64,000 nt of DNA, taken from positions 24,141 to 88,140 of the IMG/VR virus record IMGVR_UViG_3300021511_000252. One strand, 5' to 3'. Each line of letters opens with the position of its first letter. Position 1 is the stretch's first letter. The stretch is from a virus (lineage: Duplodnaviria > Caudoviricetes). Positions 55,797-64,000 of this stretch are shown here, piece by piece. The notes beneath the pieces were generated by a model that worked only from the letters and a program-made list of their open reading frames with translations, searched no databases and was not told where the DNA came from. The position numbers and the translations under genes were made by a program.

Positions 55797-56816
55797 TTAT
55801 AACAAACTAACTATATGCCTAGCGATCACAACTTCCGCGTCCTTTTGATTCTCAAATAAGAGATTAACTATTATTTTTCTTTTTTCTTTTTTATAGTCGT
55901 TCTCTAACACTCCTCTTATGAGATTAGGTAAATTAAGAACATTTAAAGATTCTATTTGATAAGCATATTCATTTCTAAATATCCATTCAGGGCCATGCTG
56001 ATCATAATAAGGAGAACGAACTCTATCGGGATTATTGTAAGCTATTACAGGTTTCTCTCCAGCAATAGATAAAAATAAAGCTCCTGAGCAGTCTCCAATA
56101 ACAACATCACTCCAGAGAATAGCATCAGTTATATCATGGTTAGAATTTTCATGATAATAAACATTACCATAAGTCTTAGAAAGTTCTTTAACAAATTCTG
56201 CTTGCTCAGGATACTTTTTGTGAAGTACCGGATGAAGTTTGAAGGCTATTTGATAATCATGCATTTGTTTAAATAATTGATTGTTCTTTTCTTCTTCCAT
56301 TAGCACATCCATTATACTCAAATCTTTATTATAAGTAGGAGCAAAAAGAACTTTTAATCCAAGGTTACAATTTTTAGTCTCCCAAATAGAACCTTTGAGA
56401 ATTTCTTTTCTAAAAAGGCGAGAAGCCGCAGGGTTTCCTGTAACGATCATTTCTTTTTTAGGACTAACTCCCCTTTTAAGGAATTCAGTTTTATAAAACT
56501 GGCTAAACGTATAAATATAATCAGCATCTGAATTCTTAGAATCTAAAGTAGTATGTTTACTGGCTGGAGAATGTCCTATTGTTATTAAAATTTCAGCTTG
56601 GTTTCTAAATAAATTAGTCCATTCATCAGCAATTATTACAATTGAAAACTTCCTTTCTCTTTCGTTAAATAAATCATAAACTAAATGTCGCTTCCCTGTC
56701 ATCCAGAAATTAATTTTTAATTTTTCTAATTCTGTAGCTATCGGACCTAAAATTGAATCGTGAAATGAATACTTTGAAAAGAGAACCACATCAAAATTTG
56801 CCATAATGCCTCCCAT
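55797..56816 (-). CDS. CDP-glycerol glycerophosphotransferase (TagB/TagF)-like protein
   Basis: IGHS, TGNP, LFAPTY, FKLHP, SDVVIGDCSG. Confidence 0.8.
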   Translation of the reverse strand: MGGIMANFDVVLFSKYSFHDSILGPIATELEKLKINFWMTGKRHLVYDLFNERERKFSIVIIADEWTNLFRNQAEILITIGHSPASKHTTLDSKNSDADYIYTFSQFYKTEFLKRGVSPKKEMIVTGNPAASRLFRKEILKGSIWETKNCNLGLKVLFAPTYNKDLSIMDVLMEEEKNNQLFKQMHDYQIAFKLHPVLHKKYPEQAEFVKELSKTYGNVYYHENSNHDITDAILWSDVVIGDCSGALFLSIAGEKPVIAYNNPDRVRSPYYDQHGPEWIFRNEYAYQIESLNVLNLPNLIRGVLENDYKKEKRKIIVNLLFENQKDAEVVIARHIVSLL

Positions 56817-57192
56817 TATTTAAAACCTTTTTAAAGGATCGGTTATGTTTTTTAATTAACTTTCCTGTATATGTATCACTTGAATTTCCACAAGCTTCCA
56901 TGATTTCTAATTTTGTCATCGTTGCCATTTTTTCAGCAGAGATCTCTAAAAATTTTCTACAGATAACCCCCTTATGATTCTTCCCCCCTTTTCCTTCAAT
57001 AATAATTCCATACATTCTTACTTTCTTTCCAAAAGTTGGTCTAGAAACCCCTAATATTTCAGAAGATTTACTCAAGCTTTTTGTATCTTGATATAATTCT
57101 AACACCATATCTCTAACTGTTCTATGTTCTGTCTTGAACATATGATTATATCCTCTTCTTAAATCTTCCCAATCAATAGAGGGGCCGCTCAT
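56791..57192 (-). CDS. Tandem-HTH hypothetical protein
   Basis: SLSKSSEILGVSRPTF HTH plus a second HTH-like segment. Confidence 0.6.
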   Translation of the reverse strand: MSGPSIDWEDLRRGYNHMFKTEHRTVRDMVLELYQDTKSLSKSSEILGVSRPTFGKKVRMYGIIIEGKGGKNHKGVICRKFLEISAEKMATMTKLEIMEACGNSSDTYTGKLIKKHNRSFKKVLNNGRHYGKF

Positions 57193-57214
57193 ATTCTTAT
57201 CCTCCTTAAAATTT

Positions 57215-57820
57215 TTACTTTAGTAAGCTTGCTTCTTTTTTAAAAGCTTTTAACGTAGAACGAAAAAGTTTAAAGTTTTCTGTAGAATATAAAAGAGAGG
57301 CTGGGTGAAGACATGGCATGACTTTTATAGTATTGGCGTTTTTATCCGTTAGAATACGGATATTCCCGCTCTCATGTGTTATTCCTTCAACATCATCAAA
57401 GAAATATCTTAAAGCATAATTTCCTAAAGCAAGAATTAATTTAGGTTCAAACACTTCTATATATCTTTCTGTCCAAAATCTACAATTTTCAATTTCTTCT
57501 TCTGTAGGTTTACCATTTTTCCCATTCTCTACGGGACGACATTGAACTGTATTTAACAACACAAAATCTTTTCTTTTCAGATTAATTTTATGTCGAGATA
57601 ATTCAGAAAAAAGTTTCCTTCCTGCTCTTCCTACAAGAGGGGTTTGATAATTATCTTGAACTTCAATTTCTCCTGGGGCTTCAGCCATAGCAAGATATTT
57701 AGAATGCCTGGTAAAATATGGATAGGCTTTCCCGAAATGATAAAGTCTTTCGCACTTTTTACATTTACTAATTGATTCATTTAAAAAGTTTAACTTCTTA
57801 ATTTGTTTTCCCGTAAGCAT
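57215..57820 (-). CDS. udg: Family-4 uracil-DNA glycosylase (4Fe-4S)
   Basis: CKKC, AEAPG, PLVGRAG, NTVQCRP, LALGNYA, LHPAS. Confidence 0.93.
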   Translation of the reverse strand: MLTGKQIKKLNFLNESISKCKKCERLYHFGKAYPYFTRHSKYLAMAEAPGEIEVQDNYQTPLVGRAGRKLFSELSRHKINLKRKDFVLLNTVQCRPVENGKNGKPTEEEIENCRFWTERYIEVFEPKLILALGNYALRYFFDDVEGITHESGNIRILTDKNANTIKVMPCLHPASLLYSTENFKLFRSTLKAFKKEASLLK

Positions 57821-57844
57821 ATTTCCTCCTTGATAAATTCAATT

Positions 57845-58582
57845 TTACCCATCTGCTACTGGATCATCTCTATTAGTCCTTAGATAATAAATATTCTCAT
57901 GGTAAATTTTAATGTTTGGAATTACCCAATGTTTCATTCCGGGATATCTTTCTCCTACTCTATCTGCGAACCCACTATCACTTCCATAATGTGGAGGCGT
58001 ATCTACTCCCAATTCAATCTCATCTAAAAGATATCTCCTTATCAAACAAAAAGAAAAGTTATTATAAGAAGTTTCTAGAGGTTTAGTAGGAAGTCTTTTA
58101 TCTCCCATAGGTAAATGAAGAAAATCATGTGTGCCTTTTTTGTCCATTCTTCCTATCCAGTAAATTGTATTTTTAAGATGGTATAAAGAAGGAGTTAAAG
58201 TTGCTACTTTTTTATTTTCTATCATAAATTGAATCATTTTTCTTAGCCAACTTAATTGATTACCTGGAACAAAAATGTCGTCATTCGCAAGAAGAACATA
58301 TTCGCTTTCAGGATCAATAACTTTAAACCCTTTCGCGCAACCTTTAGCGTGATAGAGATTCTTCTCATTAAAGATAAATTTAAAATTACCCCATTCTTCA
58401 GAATATCTGTTACAGGCATTTCTTATTTTTTGGTTAGTTTTTTCACTTTTACATGGATTATGTGAAGCTATTATTTCAAAATTTGAATAATCTGTATTTT
58501 CATGTAGAGATTCTATGGCTCTTGTAAAAAATTCATAATTATCAAACGGTAAAATGATAATAGAAACTTTAGGTTCATTCAT
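57845..58582 (-). CDS. GT-A (GT2) glycosyltransferase
   Basis: KVSIIIL, TDYSNFEII, YVLLANDDI, YGSDS, IYH. Confidence 0.87.
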   Translation of the reverse strand: MNEPKVSIIILPFDNYEFFTRAIESLHENTDYSNFEIIASHNPCKSEKTNQKIRNACNRYSEEWGNFKFIFNEKNLYHAKGCAKGFKVIDPESEYVLLANDDIFVPGNQLSWLRKMIQFMIENKKVATLTPSLYHLKNTIYWIGRMDKKGTHDFLHLPMGDKRLPTKPLETSYNNFSFCLIRRYLLDEIELGVDTPPHYGSDSGFADRVGERYPGMKHWVIPNIKIYHENIYYLRTNRDDPVADG

Positions 58583-59063
58583 TTTTTTCTCCCTCAAGAT
58601 AGTTTATTGACAGATCATTAATAATATTATACTCTATATTTGCTTCTTTAAAAAGTTTTGCAGAATAATCTTCTCTTTGGTAATGATAAAGAGCAACAAC
58701 CCTTATGATTCCTACCCGAATAATCTTCATCGCACATCTAAAACAGGGAAATATTTTACAGTAAATTGTACCCCCCATTAAAGATGTTCCAAATTGAGCT
58801 GCTTGTAAGATTGCATTTTCTTCCGCATGAATTGTTCGACAACAATGTTTTGATTCTTCACCCTTTTCATCTATAACTGTATGGATTAAGTGACCAACAT
58901 CATCACAGTGAGGTAAGCCCTGAGGAGAACCCACATAGCCGGTTGTTAAAATTCGATTATCTCTTACAATAATTGCTCCACTTCTTCCTCTATTACAAGT
59001 TCCCCTTTCGCCTATGTCAAATACTAAATTTAAAAAATATTCATCCCAGCTCAATCTAGCCAT
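58575..59063 (-). CDS. dCMP deaminase (ComEB-like)
   Basis: SWDEYF, RGTC.R...GA, GY.G.P.G, HAEENA, FPC.RC. Confidence 0.93.
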   Translation of the reverse strand: MARLSWDEYFLNLVFDIGERGTCNRGRSGAIIVRDNRILTTGYVGSPQGLPHCDDVGHLIHTVIDEKGEESKHCCRTIHAEENAILQAAQFGTSLMGGTIYCKIFPCFRCAMKIIRVGIIRVVALYHYQREDYSAKLFKEANIEYNIINDLSINYLEGEKNE

Positions 59064-59121
59064 TTTCTTCTCCTCATGTTTTTAAATAAAATAAACAAAC
59101 TATACTAAAATATATTACTTT

Positions 59122-60222
59122 TTATTTAACGACTTCGCATTTATTTTCAAGTTCATTTAATGAATCTATAATCATTTCTGAAGTAATTAAGTTCATACAT
59201 GGTGATGGATCCCCCTTAGAGCATGGAGAATGACCATGCTGAAAACAAGGAGAACAAGCCGTTCTCGCATCTATGCCTATAGCGTTCATAAAATATTTCA
59301 TGCGTAAGCTACTATGGAATGGGCCATAAAGACCTATCAGGGGTATCCTGAGGGCTCCTGCGGCGTGTATAAACATAGAATCACAGGCAATAATATAATC
59401 CATTAATTTCGCCATCACAAGAGCTTCTCTTAGGGGGCCTATTATTTTATAAATGTTCGACTTAAACTGAGATCCTAAATAATTTATTGGAGTAGACTGA
59501 TTAGAACTGCCGAATAAATAAACTTCGTAATCTTTAGAAATTAAATATTCAATTACTGGAAGAAATTTATGAGGGGGGTAATTTCTAATAGGAGAAGAAG
59601 AAGCTATCTGTATACCTACTTTCTTTTTATTAGAAATGAGCTGAGGATATGCTTTTTTTATGTCTATAAATTCCTGATCTTTAAAGAATAATTTAGGAAT
59701 TTTATTTTCAGGAGGAACTTCTCTTATATTAAGACTCATTTGTTGCATAAATAAATCATAAGCGTTTAAAACCTCAGCCTCTGGATTATTTTCAATTAAT
59801 CCTTCAAAAATTAAATGATAATGAAATTCATTCCAATCATCTAACTTAATAGGAAGAGAAAAGACTTGATCTATATTTGGATTGTTCTCTATTGTGGGGA
59901 AATACATAGGGCTGATAGCAAGATTAAGACTACTTTGAGGATACTTTCTTTTAAGTTCAGAATATCCCGTTAAGAGAAAAAGAATGTCTCCAAATCCGCC
60001 ATGTCTAATAGAAAGAATTTTTCGATTATTAAGATCTTGTCCTTGATAAGGGTTGTAAATATCTAAGAAAGGAATTTCTACGCCTAAAGCATAATCTGCT
60101 AATGTCTTCAGCTTACTATAAAATTCATCAGACATTATATAAAAGTTCTTCTTTTCTAATTTTTCTTCTGCTCGACCTCCCATTTGGATTTCTAGATCTT
60201 CTAATAACTGAACTACTTTCAT
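59122..60222 (-). CDS. GT9 glycosyltransferase, paralogue of 36886
   Basis: RHGGFGDI, ASSPIRNYP, ACDSMFIHAAGAL.IP.IGLYGP, HGH..C...C. Confidence 0.9.
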   Translation of the reverse strand: MKVVQLLEDLEIQMGGRAEEKLEKKNFYIMSDEFYSKLKTLADYALGVEIPFLDIYNPYQGQDLNNRKILSIRHGGFGDILFLLTGYSELKRKYPQSSLNLAISPMYFPTIENNPNIDQVFSLPIKLDDWNEFHYHLIFEGLIENNPEAEVLNAYDLFMQQMSLNIREVPPENKIPKLFFKDQEFIDIKKAYPQLISNKKKVGIQIASSSPIRNYPPHKFLPVIEYLISKDYEVYLFGSSNQSTPINYLGSQFKSNIYKIIGPLREALVMAKLMDYIIACDSMFIHAAGALRIPLIGLYGPFHSSLRMKYFMNAIGIDARTACSPCFQHGHSPCSKGDPSPCMNLITSEMIIDSLNELENKCEVVK

Positions 60223-60267
60223 GATTATTCTCCTTTCACTGACTATGTTTGTCTGAAGGATTAAAAT

Positions 60268-60579
60268 TTATGTAAAATTATAATGAGTCCTTGTCACCTC
60301 TCCCTTAATTACTCCAGCTTTATCAACAACTCCAAAAGATTCTCTAATTTCAGCAAAGACTTCTCTGAATTCACTCTTTTCAAAAAGACCCTTAGAATAT
60401 AAAAGAGAGGAAAGAGTTGCTATGTTGATTTTTGTATCATCTAGAGTCTTAAAAAAAGAATCTAATTCTTGGAACTTTTTATCAACATATAGTCGAAGGT
60501 TTGTAAATACAGTATTTGCTATAGAGTCTAAAACTTTGTCAAGATCTACTTCTTGTTTCTGAGAGCTATGTTTTTTCAT
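60268..60579 (-). CDS. Small helical protein, paralogue of 38079-38429
   Basis: Shared pattern ending ...F...EF...F..I......D..G...G.....YN. Confidence 0.75.
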   Translation of the reverse strand: MKKHSSQKQEVDLDKVLDSIANTVFTNLRLYVDKKFQELDSFFKTLDDTKINIATLSSLLYSKGLFEKSEFREVFAEIRESFGVVDKAGVIKGEVTRTHYNFT

Positions 60580-60612
60580 CTAATGTTCTCCTCATTTCTT
60601 GAATTTTTATTT

Positions 60613-62784
60613 TTAAATATAATCCCAGGGGGGCATAGCCCCCACTGCGACTTGTGTCCCATAAGTTTTAAAAAAAATCAATTTCTCAGGATCGTAATCT
60701 CCGTGCCCTCTTATATCTAAAATAAATTGCTTAATTGCATTTGTTAAATCTTCATTTTCCTCTTGTTCTCTTGGGTCTATTGTTTCCCAATCTATTGATT
60801 CTCCATACGCATTTCTTTCTCCATTAAAATAATTACAGGCTGCCCATACAAAATTATAAGGGTGAGAAACTTCTTCATCACTTGAATCAGGAAGTACAGG
60901 AGGTCCTGGATCCATAGGCCAAGAATTATATCTTTCTTGTTCTTCTTTTCTTTCTTGTTCTTGGTCTTCTGTTAATCCATTTCTAAAAACTGTATTCGTA
61001 ATCAGAGGGGGGAAAAAAGCATAAATTTGGAACATAACCCCTTCATCTTCTATCACTCCCGCACTCCATGCAGGGTGAGAAATTGCACTTGATATAGTTG
61101 GTTCATTGACATCTGCATATTCTCGATTAACACAAGGATAAGCAGGATTATAATAAGGATTCGGTCTTATTCTCCATTCGTTTATATCCATCATAGTAAA
61201 TATACTTCTTTGAGTTAGTTGACCTTTATAAAGAAAATGTGTGATAGAATCAAAAGTACATCCTTCTCCTGCAAGAGGCCCAAATGGTTCTCCGTCTGGA
61301 TCCTTTGTTATTGGATCAATTGAAATAGTTGTTTTACTGACAAAAGAAAAAACAGTTTCGACCACAGGAATATCCCATACAATCCCAACTGGAAGATGAA
61401 TGGTGTACTCGCGATCAGTTATGGCATATTCTAAATATCTACTTGATATCATTTCATTTTCAGCTTCGTGTTGCGCTTGCTCCGATTCAGGAATTCTCGT
61501 ATAATATTCAGATTGATAAATATAATGATGACCAGATCCTCTGATTTGAGCATCCCCACCTTTAAATTCTCCAACATTCACTTTGAGAATATTCCCTCCT
61601 AATGCCTGCGGGGAAAGTCCAAGATCTTTTCCATAATCAGTTTCTTCCAATTCATGGCTGTATGCATCCCGAAACATAATTTGGTCTGTAGAATGAGCAA
61701 CAGAGTTAAAAGGCATTTTTATTGTCCAGAGTTTATTCACAATCATATACCCGCTCCCTGGGTCAATATCTCGTTCCCATCTGAATTGAACCGCTCTCCA
61801 ATATTCTCTAATTTCTTCAAGCGCAGATGGAGGAACATCTAACCCAGGAATTTTAATTTCAGCCCCTCCCCCTCCAGGTTGAGTTACAGAATTCTTAAAG
61901 GCTTTCATGTTTTCAACACCTAAATCAACTTTCCCTTCTGAATAAAAAGATGGTGGAAAACCTTCTATCGGATTAGATCTTTCAAAAGGATATTTCGCCC
62001 AAATTGTTTCATAAGGACCATTTGGAGTAAGAAATCCATAAGTACAAGCCTCTTCAAAATTATCTGTAATTTCTAAGTGATAAGGCGAATATTTAAGTTC
62101 TGCATCATATATTCTTTGATCATGAGCTGTCTCAATACACGTGACCATTCCTCCTCCACCCCCAGAATCTTTAAGTAATTTAAGAGGCTTATTGTAATTA
62201 GCATCACTTAAAGGAAGAAGAGTTTCTTTTGCCTCAGTTTCTATTGTATATAATTCGGTTGGTTCTTGAATATCAGATTCTTCAGGAATAGGATCAGATG
62301 GAAATTTCCCAATACAAGCTTCTAATATAGGGTCATTAACGGGAACGGGAAAATTAATTCCTAAATCATCAGGAACTTTATTATTGTCAGGATCCCAAAG
62401 AATACATAAGAAGGGAGTTCTTTCTGTTGTAGATTGAGCTTGCTCTGCCACAATTAACAAATATTTCGGACCACATTTTTTATCTTCCCCTTCCCATCCT
62501 ACAATTATTGGATATTGGTTGTTAGGTAATCTATACATAACCCTTACCATATCTCCAACCCGAAATGCAGAAGCTCCTTTCATATCGTCATCATCTGGGT
62601 AAGATGCATCAAAGGATTTCTGATTGTCAACAGTGGCATCTTCATCACAATGATAATGAATTGGAACGGGGAACTTAATCCCTTTAACTCTAGCTGTGAG
62701 ATTTATTTTGTCAATACTGATTATTTCTTTATATTCAGTATTCCCAGCAAGAACACTTAAATCTTCATATTGAAAAAAACTCAT
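60613..62784 (-). CDS. Large hypothetical protein, probably virion/tail-associated
   Basis: 723 aa, acidic and Pro-rich, lies at the end of a probable structural block; no catalytic motif recognised. Confidence 0.5.
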   Translation of the reverse strand: MSFFQYEDLSVLAGNTEYKEIISIDKINLTARVKGIKFPVPIHYHCDEDATVDNQKSFDASYPDDDDMKGASAFRVGDMVRVMYRLPNNQYPIIVGWEGEDKKCGPKYLLIVAEQAQSTTERTPFLCILWDPDNNKVPDDLGINFPVPVNDPILEACIGKFPSDPIPEESDIQEPTELYTIETEAKETLLPLSDANYNKPLKLLKDSGGGGGMVTCIETAHDQRIYDAELKYSPYHLEITDNFEEACTYGFLTPNGPYETIWAKYPFERSNPIEGFPPSFYSEGKVDLGVENMKAFKNSVTQPGGGGAEIKIPGLDVPPSALEEIREYWRAVQFRWERDIDPGSGYMIVNKLWTIKMPFNSVAHSTDQIMFRDAYSHELEETDYGKDLGLSPQALGGNILKVNVGEFKGGDAQIRGSGHHYIYQSEYYTRIPESEQAQHEAENEMISSRYLEYAITDREYTIHLPVGIVWDIPVVETVFSFVSKTTISIDPITKDPDGEPFGPLAGEGCTFDSITHFLYKGQLTQRSIFTMMDINEWRIRPNPYYNPAYPCVNREYADVNEPTISSAISHPAWSAGVIEDEGVMFQIYAFFPPLITNTVFRNGLTEDQEQERKEEQERYNSWPMDPGPPVLPDSSDEEVSHPYNFVWAACNYFNGERNAYGESIDWETIDPREQEENEDLTNAIKQFILDIRGHGDYDPEKLIFFKTYGTQVAVGAMPPWDYI

Positions 62785-62806
62785 ATCTATTTCCCCAAAA
62801 GCATAA

Positions 62807-63247
62807 TTAAAGAATTATATAGTATGGAGTATCATTAGAGTCAATTGCGAAAAAGAATTCATTTGTTTGAGACTCTATAAGAAAGACCCCTGAATCACTC
62901 GTTATACAAAGATTCTGAGTATGATTAGAAGTTATTCCTTGATATTTTGTTAATCCAGCCTGACCAAAAGCCCAAGGAAGCCTTTCTTCTTCTGTCCACC
63001 CATGATCCATCATATCCTTATATCTTTCTTGAACAATAAAGGCTCTAATAATTAAGGAAAAATCTTCACAATCCATCATTTCAGCAGTATATTGGTATTC
63101 ATCTAAATATTTACTCTGAAGAAAAGTAGAAACTTCGCTTTTTGTGGGGGTCCAATAATATTCATCAGATATAATCATATCTTCAATAAGAAACCAGGGC
63201 CAAACAGCTTGGAGTTCTTGAATCGCTTCTAAAGCAGAAATTTTCAT
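62807..63247 (-). CDS. Papain/transglutaminase-fold protein (agglutinin C-terminal-like)
   Basis: Y..E..DCEDFS...AFG.....H..N......G...IE.Q. Confidence 0.6.
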   Translation of the reverse strand: MKISALEAIQELQAVWPWFLIEDMIISDEYYWTPTKSEVSTFLQSKYLDEYQYTAEMMDCEDFSLIIRAFIVQERYKDMMDHGWTEEERLPWAFGQAGLTKYQGITSNHTQNLCITSDSGVFLIESQTNEFFFAIDSNDTPYYIIL

Positions 63248-63271
63248 TTTTTTACACCTCTCTTTAACTTC

Positions 63272-64000
63272 TTAAAACCCAGAAACTTTTCGTAACCAAT
63301 CTACAGCATTTTCCCAATACGATTGAGAAGTTGGAATGATATGCCATGTCTCACTTCCTTTTCTGGATAAAAGGAGCCATCTTCCAACTTCATAACGTAA
63401 GAGTACCCCTGAAACACTAACTAAGTCAGAACTAATTTTATTTCCCTCAATCCGGATACATCTGATCGAATAGTCATATGGGCCAGATCCTGATCTTCCG
63501 ACTATTCTTCCAGCCTTTAGCCATTGGGGCTGATAACAGGCAAAAGCTAATCCAAATGGAGACATATTTCCATAACTTGCGTCGTTAATATATCCCCAAA
63601 CATTATAAGAGGCAAATGGAATTGGATGACTGTCTTCCCAAATATAAGTATAAGAACAAATTGGATTATGAGATTCTAACACACATCCAGACCCCATATC
63701 ATCTGGATCATATTCTAAAGTATGTCCCAAATCTAAAGACAAAGTTGGAACATCATTAGATTTTCCATAATAATTATTTTCTCCAGAATCGCCCCTTCCT
63801 CTACATAGCCCTACTGTAATTTTCCCATTCTCAGATCCTTCTAAAGGCCACGATTTTGCTCTTAAGCCAGTTGCGCTAGAATATTCTGTCGGAGTAGAAA
63901 TTATAGTAGGTCTAACTTCTCCAACTTTAAGAATCCTATCTTGAGTATCATCCCAATCAGAAAAAACTTTATAAAAATTGATCCCACAAGGCCATATTGT
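63272..64000 (-). CDS. 5'-truncated hypothetical protein (probably structural)
   Basis: Frame is open from the window edge through 63742 to the stop at 63272. Confidence 0.65.
   Translation of the reverse strand, partial: TIWPCGINFYKVFSDWDDTQDRILKVGEVRPTIISTPTEYSSATGLRAKSWPLEGSENGKITVGLCRGRGDSGENNYYGKSNDVPTLSLDLGHTLEYDPDDMGSGCVLESHNPICSYTYIWEDSHPIPFASYNVWGYINDASYGNMSPFGLAFACYQPQWLKAGRIVGRSGSGPYDYSIRCIRIEGNKISSDLVSVSGVLLRYEVGRWLLLSRKGSETWHIIPTSQSYWENAVDWLRKVSGF

Overview
This 64 kb window is part of a large, AT-rich, tailed dsDNA bacteriophage genome, probably infecting an anaerobic bacterium. It has four regions. (1) 1-11.7 kb: a divergent early region of small hypothetical genes driven by about 9 copies of one sigma70-like promoter motif. 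It includes a minimal PolX, a CobS/CobT-like AAA+/vWA pair and a sigma-like protein. (2) 12-14.8 kb: an accessory islet with a short APS kinase, a pentapeptide-repeat protein and two expanded tRNA-like elements. (3) 15-43 kb: one minus-strand replication/recombination block (RuvC, SbcC/D, RecA, SSB, UvsY-like, HU, HD nucleotidase, two HIRAN proteins, DnaE, primase, DnaB, DnaC-like loader, UvsW-like helicase). Embedded in it is the best candidate for a new system, a putative DNA-hypermodification cassette: hydroxymethylase-type thymidylate-synthase homologue, two DUF2284-like metalloproteins (one with a C2H2 finger), a T4 alpha-glucosyltransferase-like GT-B enzyme and a SAM methyltransferase. 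(4) 43-60 kb: a glycan-building island (GT2, GT4, GT9 and TagF-like transferases, FnlA plus split FnlB, sulfotransferase, methyltransferases) with UDG and dCMP deaminase, followed by probable virion genes. Three tRNA-derived elements carry structured insertions; two share a hairpin at the same D-loop position. No CRISPR array, rRNA, integrase, transposase, intein or reverse transcriptase was seen. All family assignments come from motif recognition by eye, not database searches.
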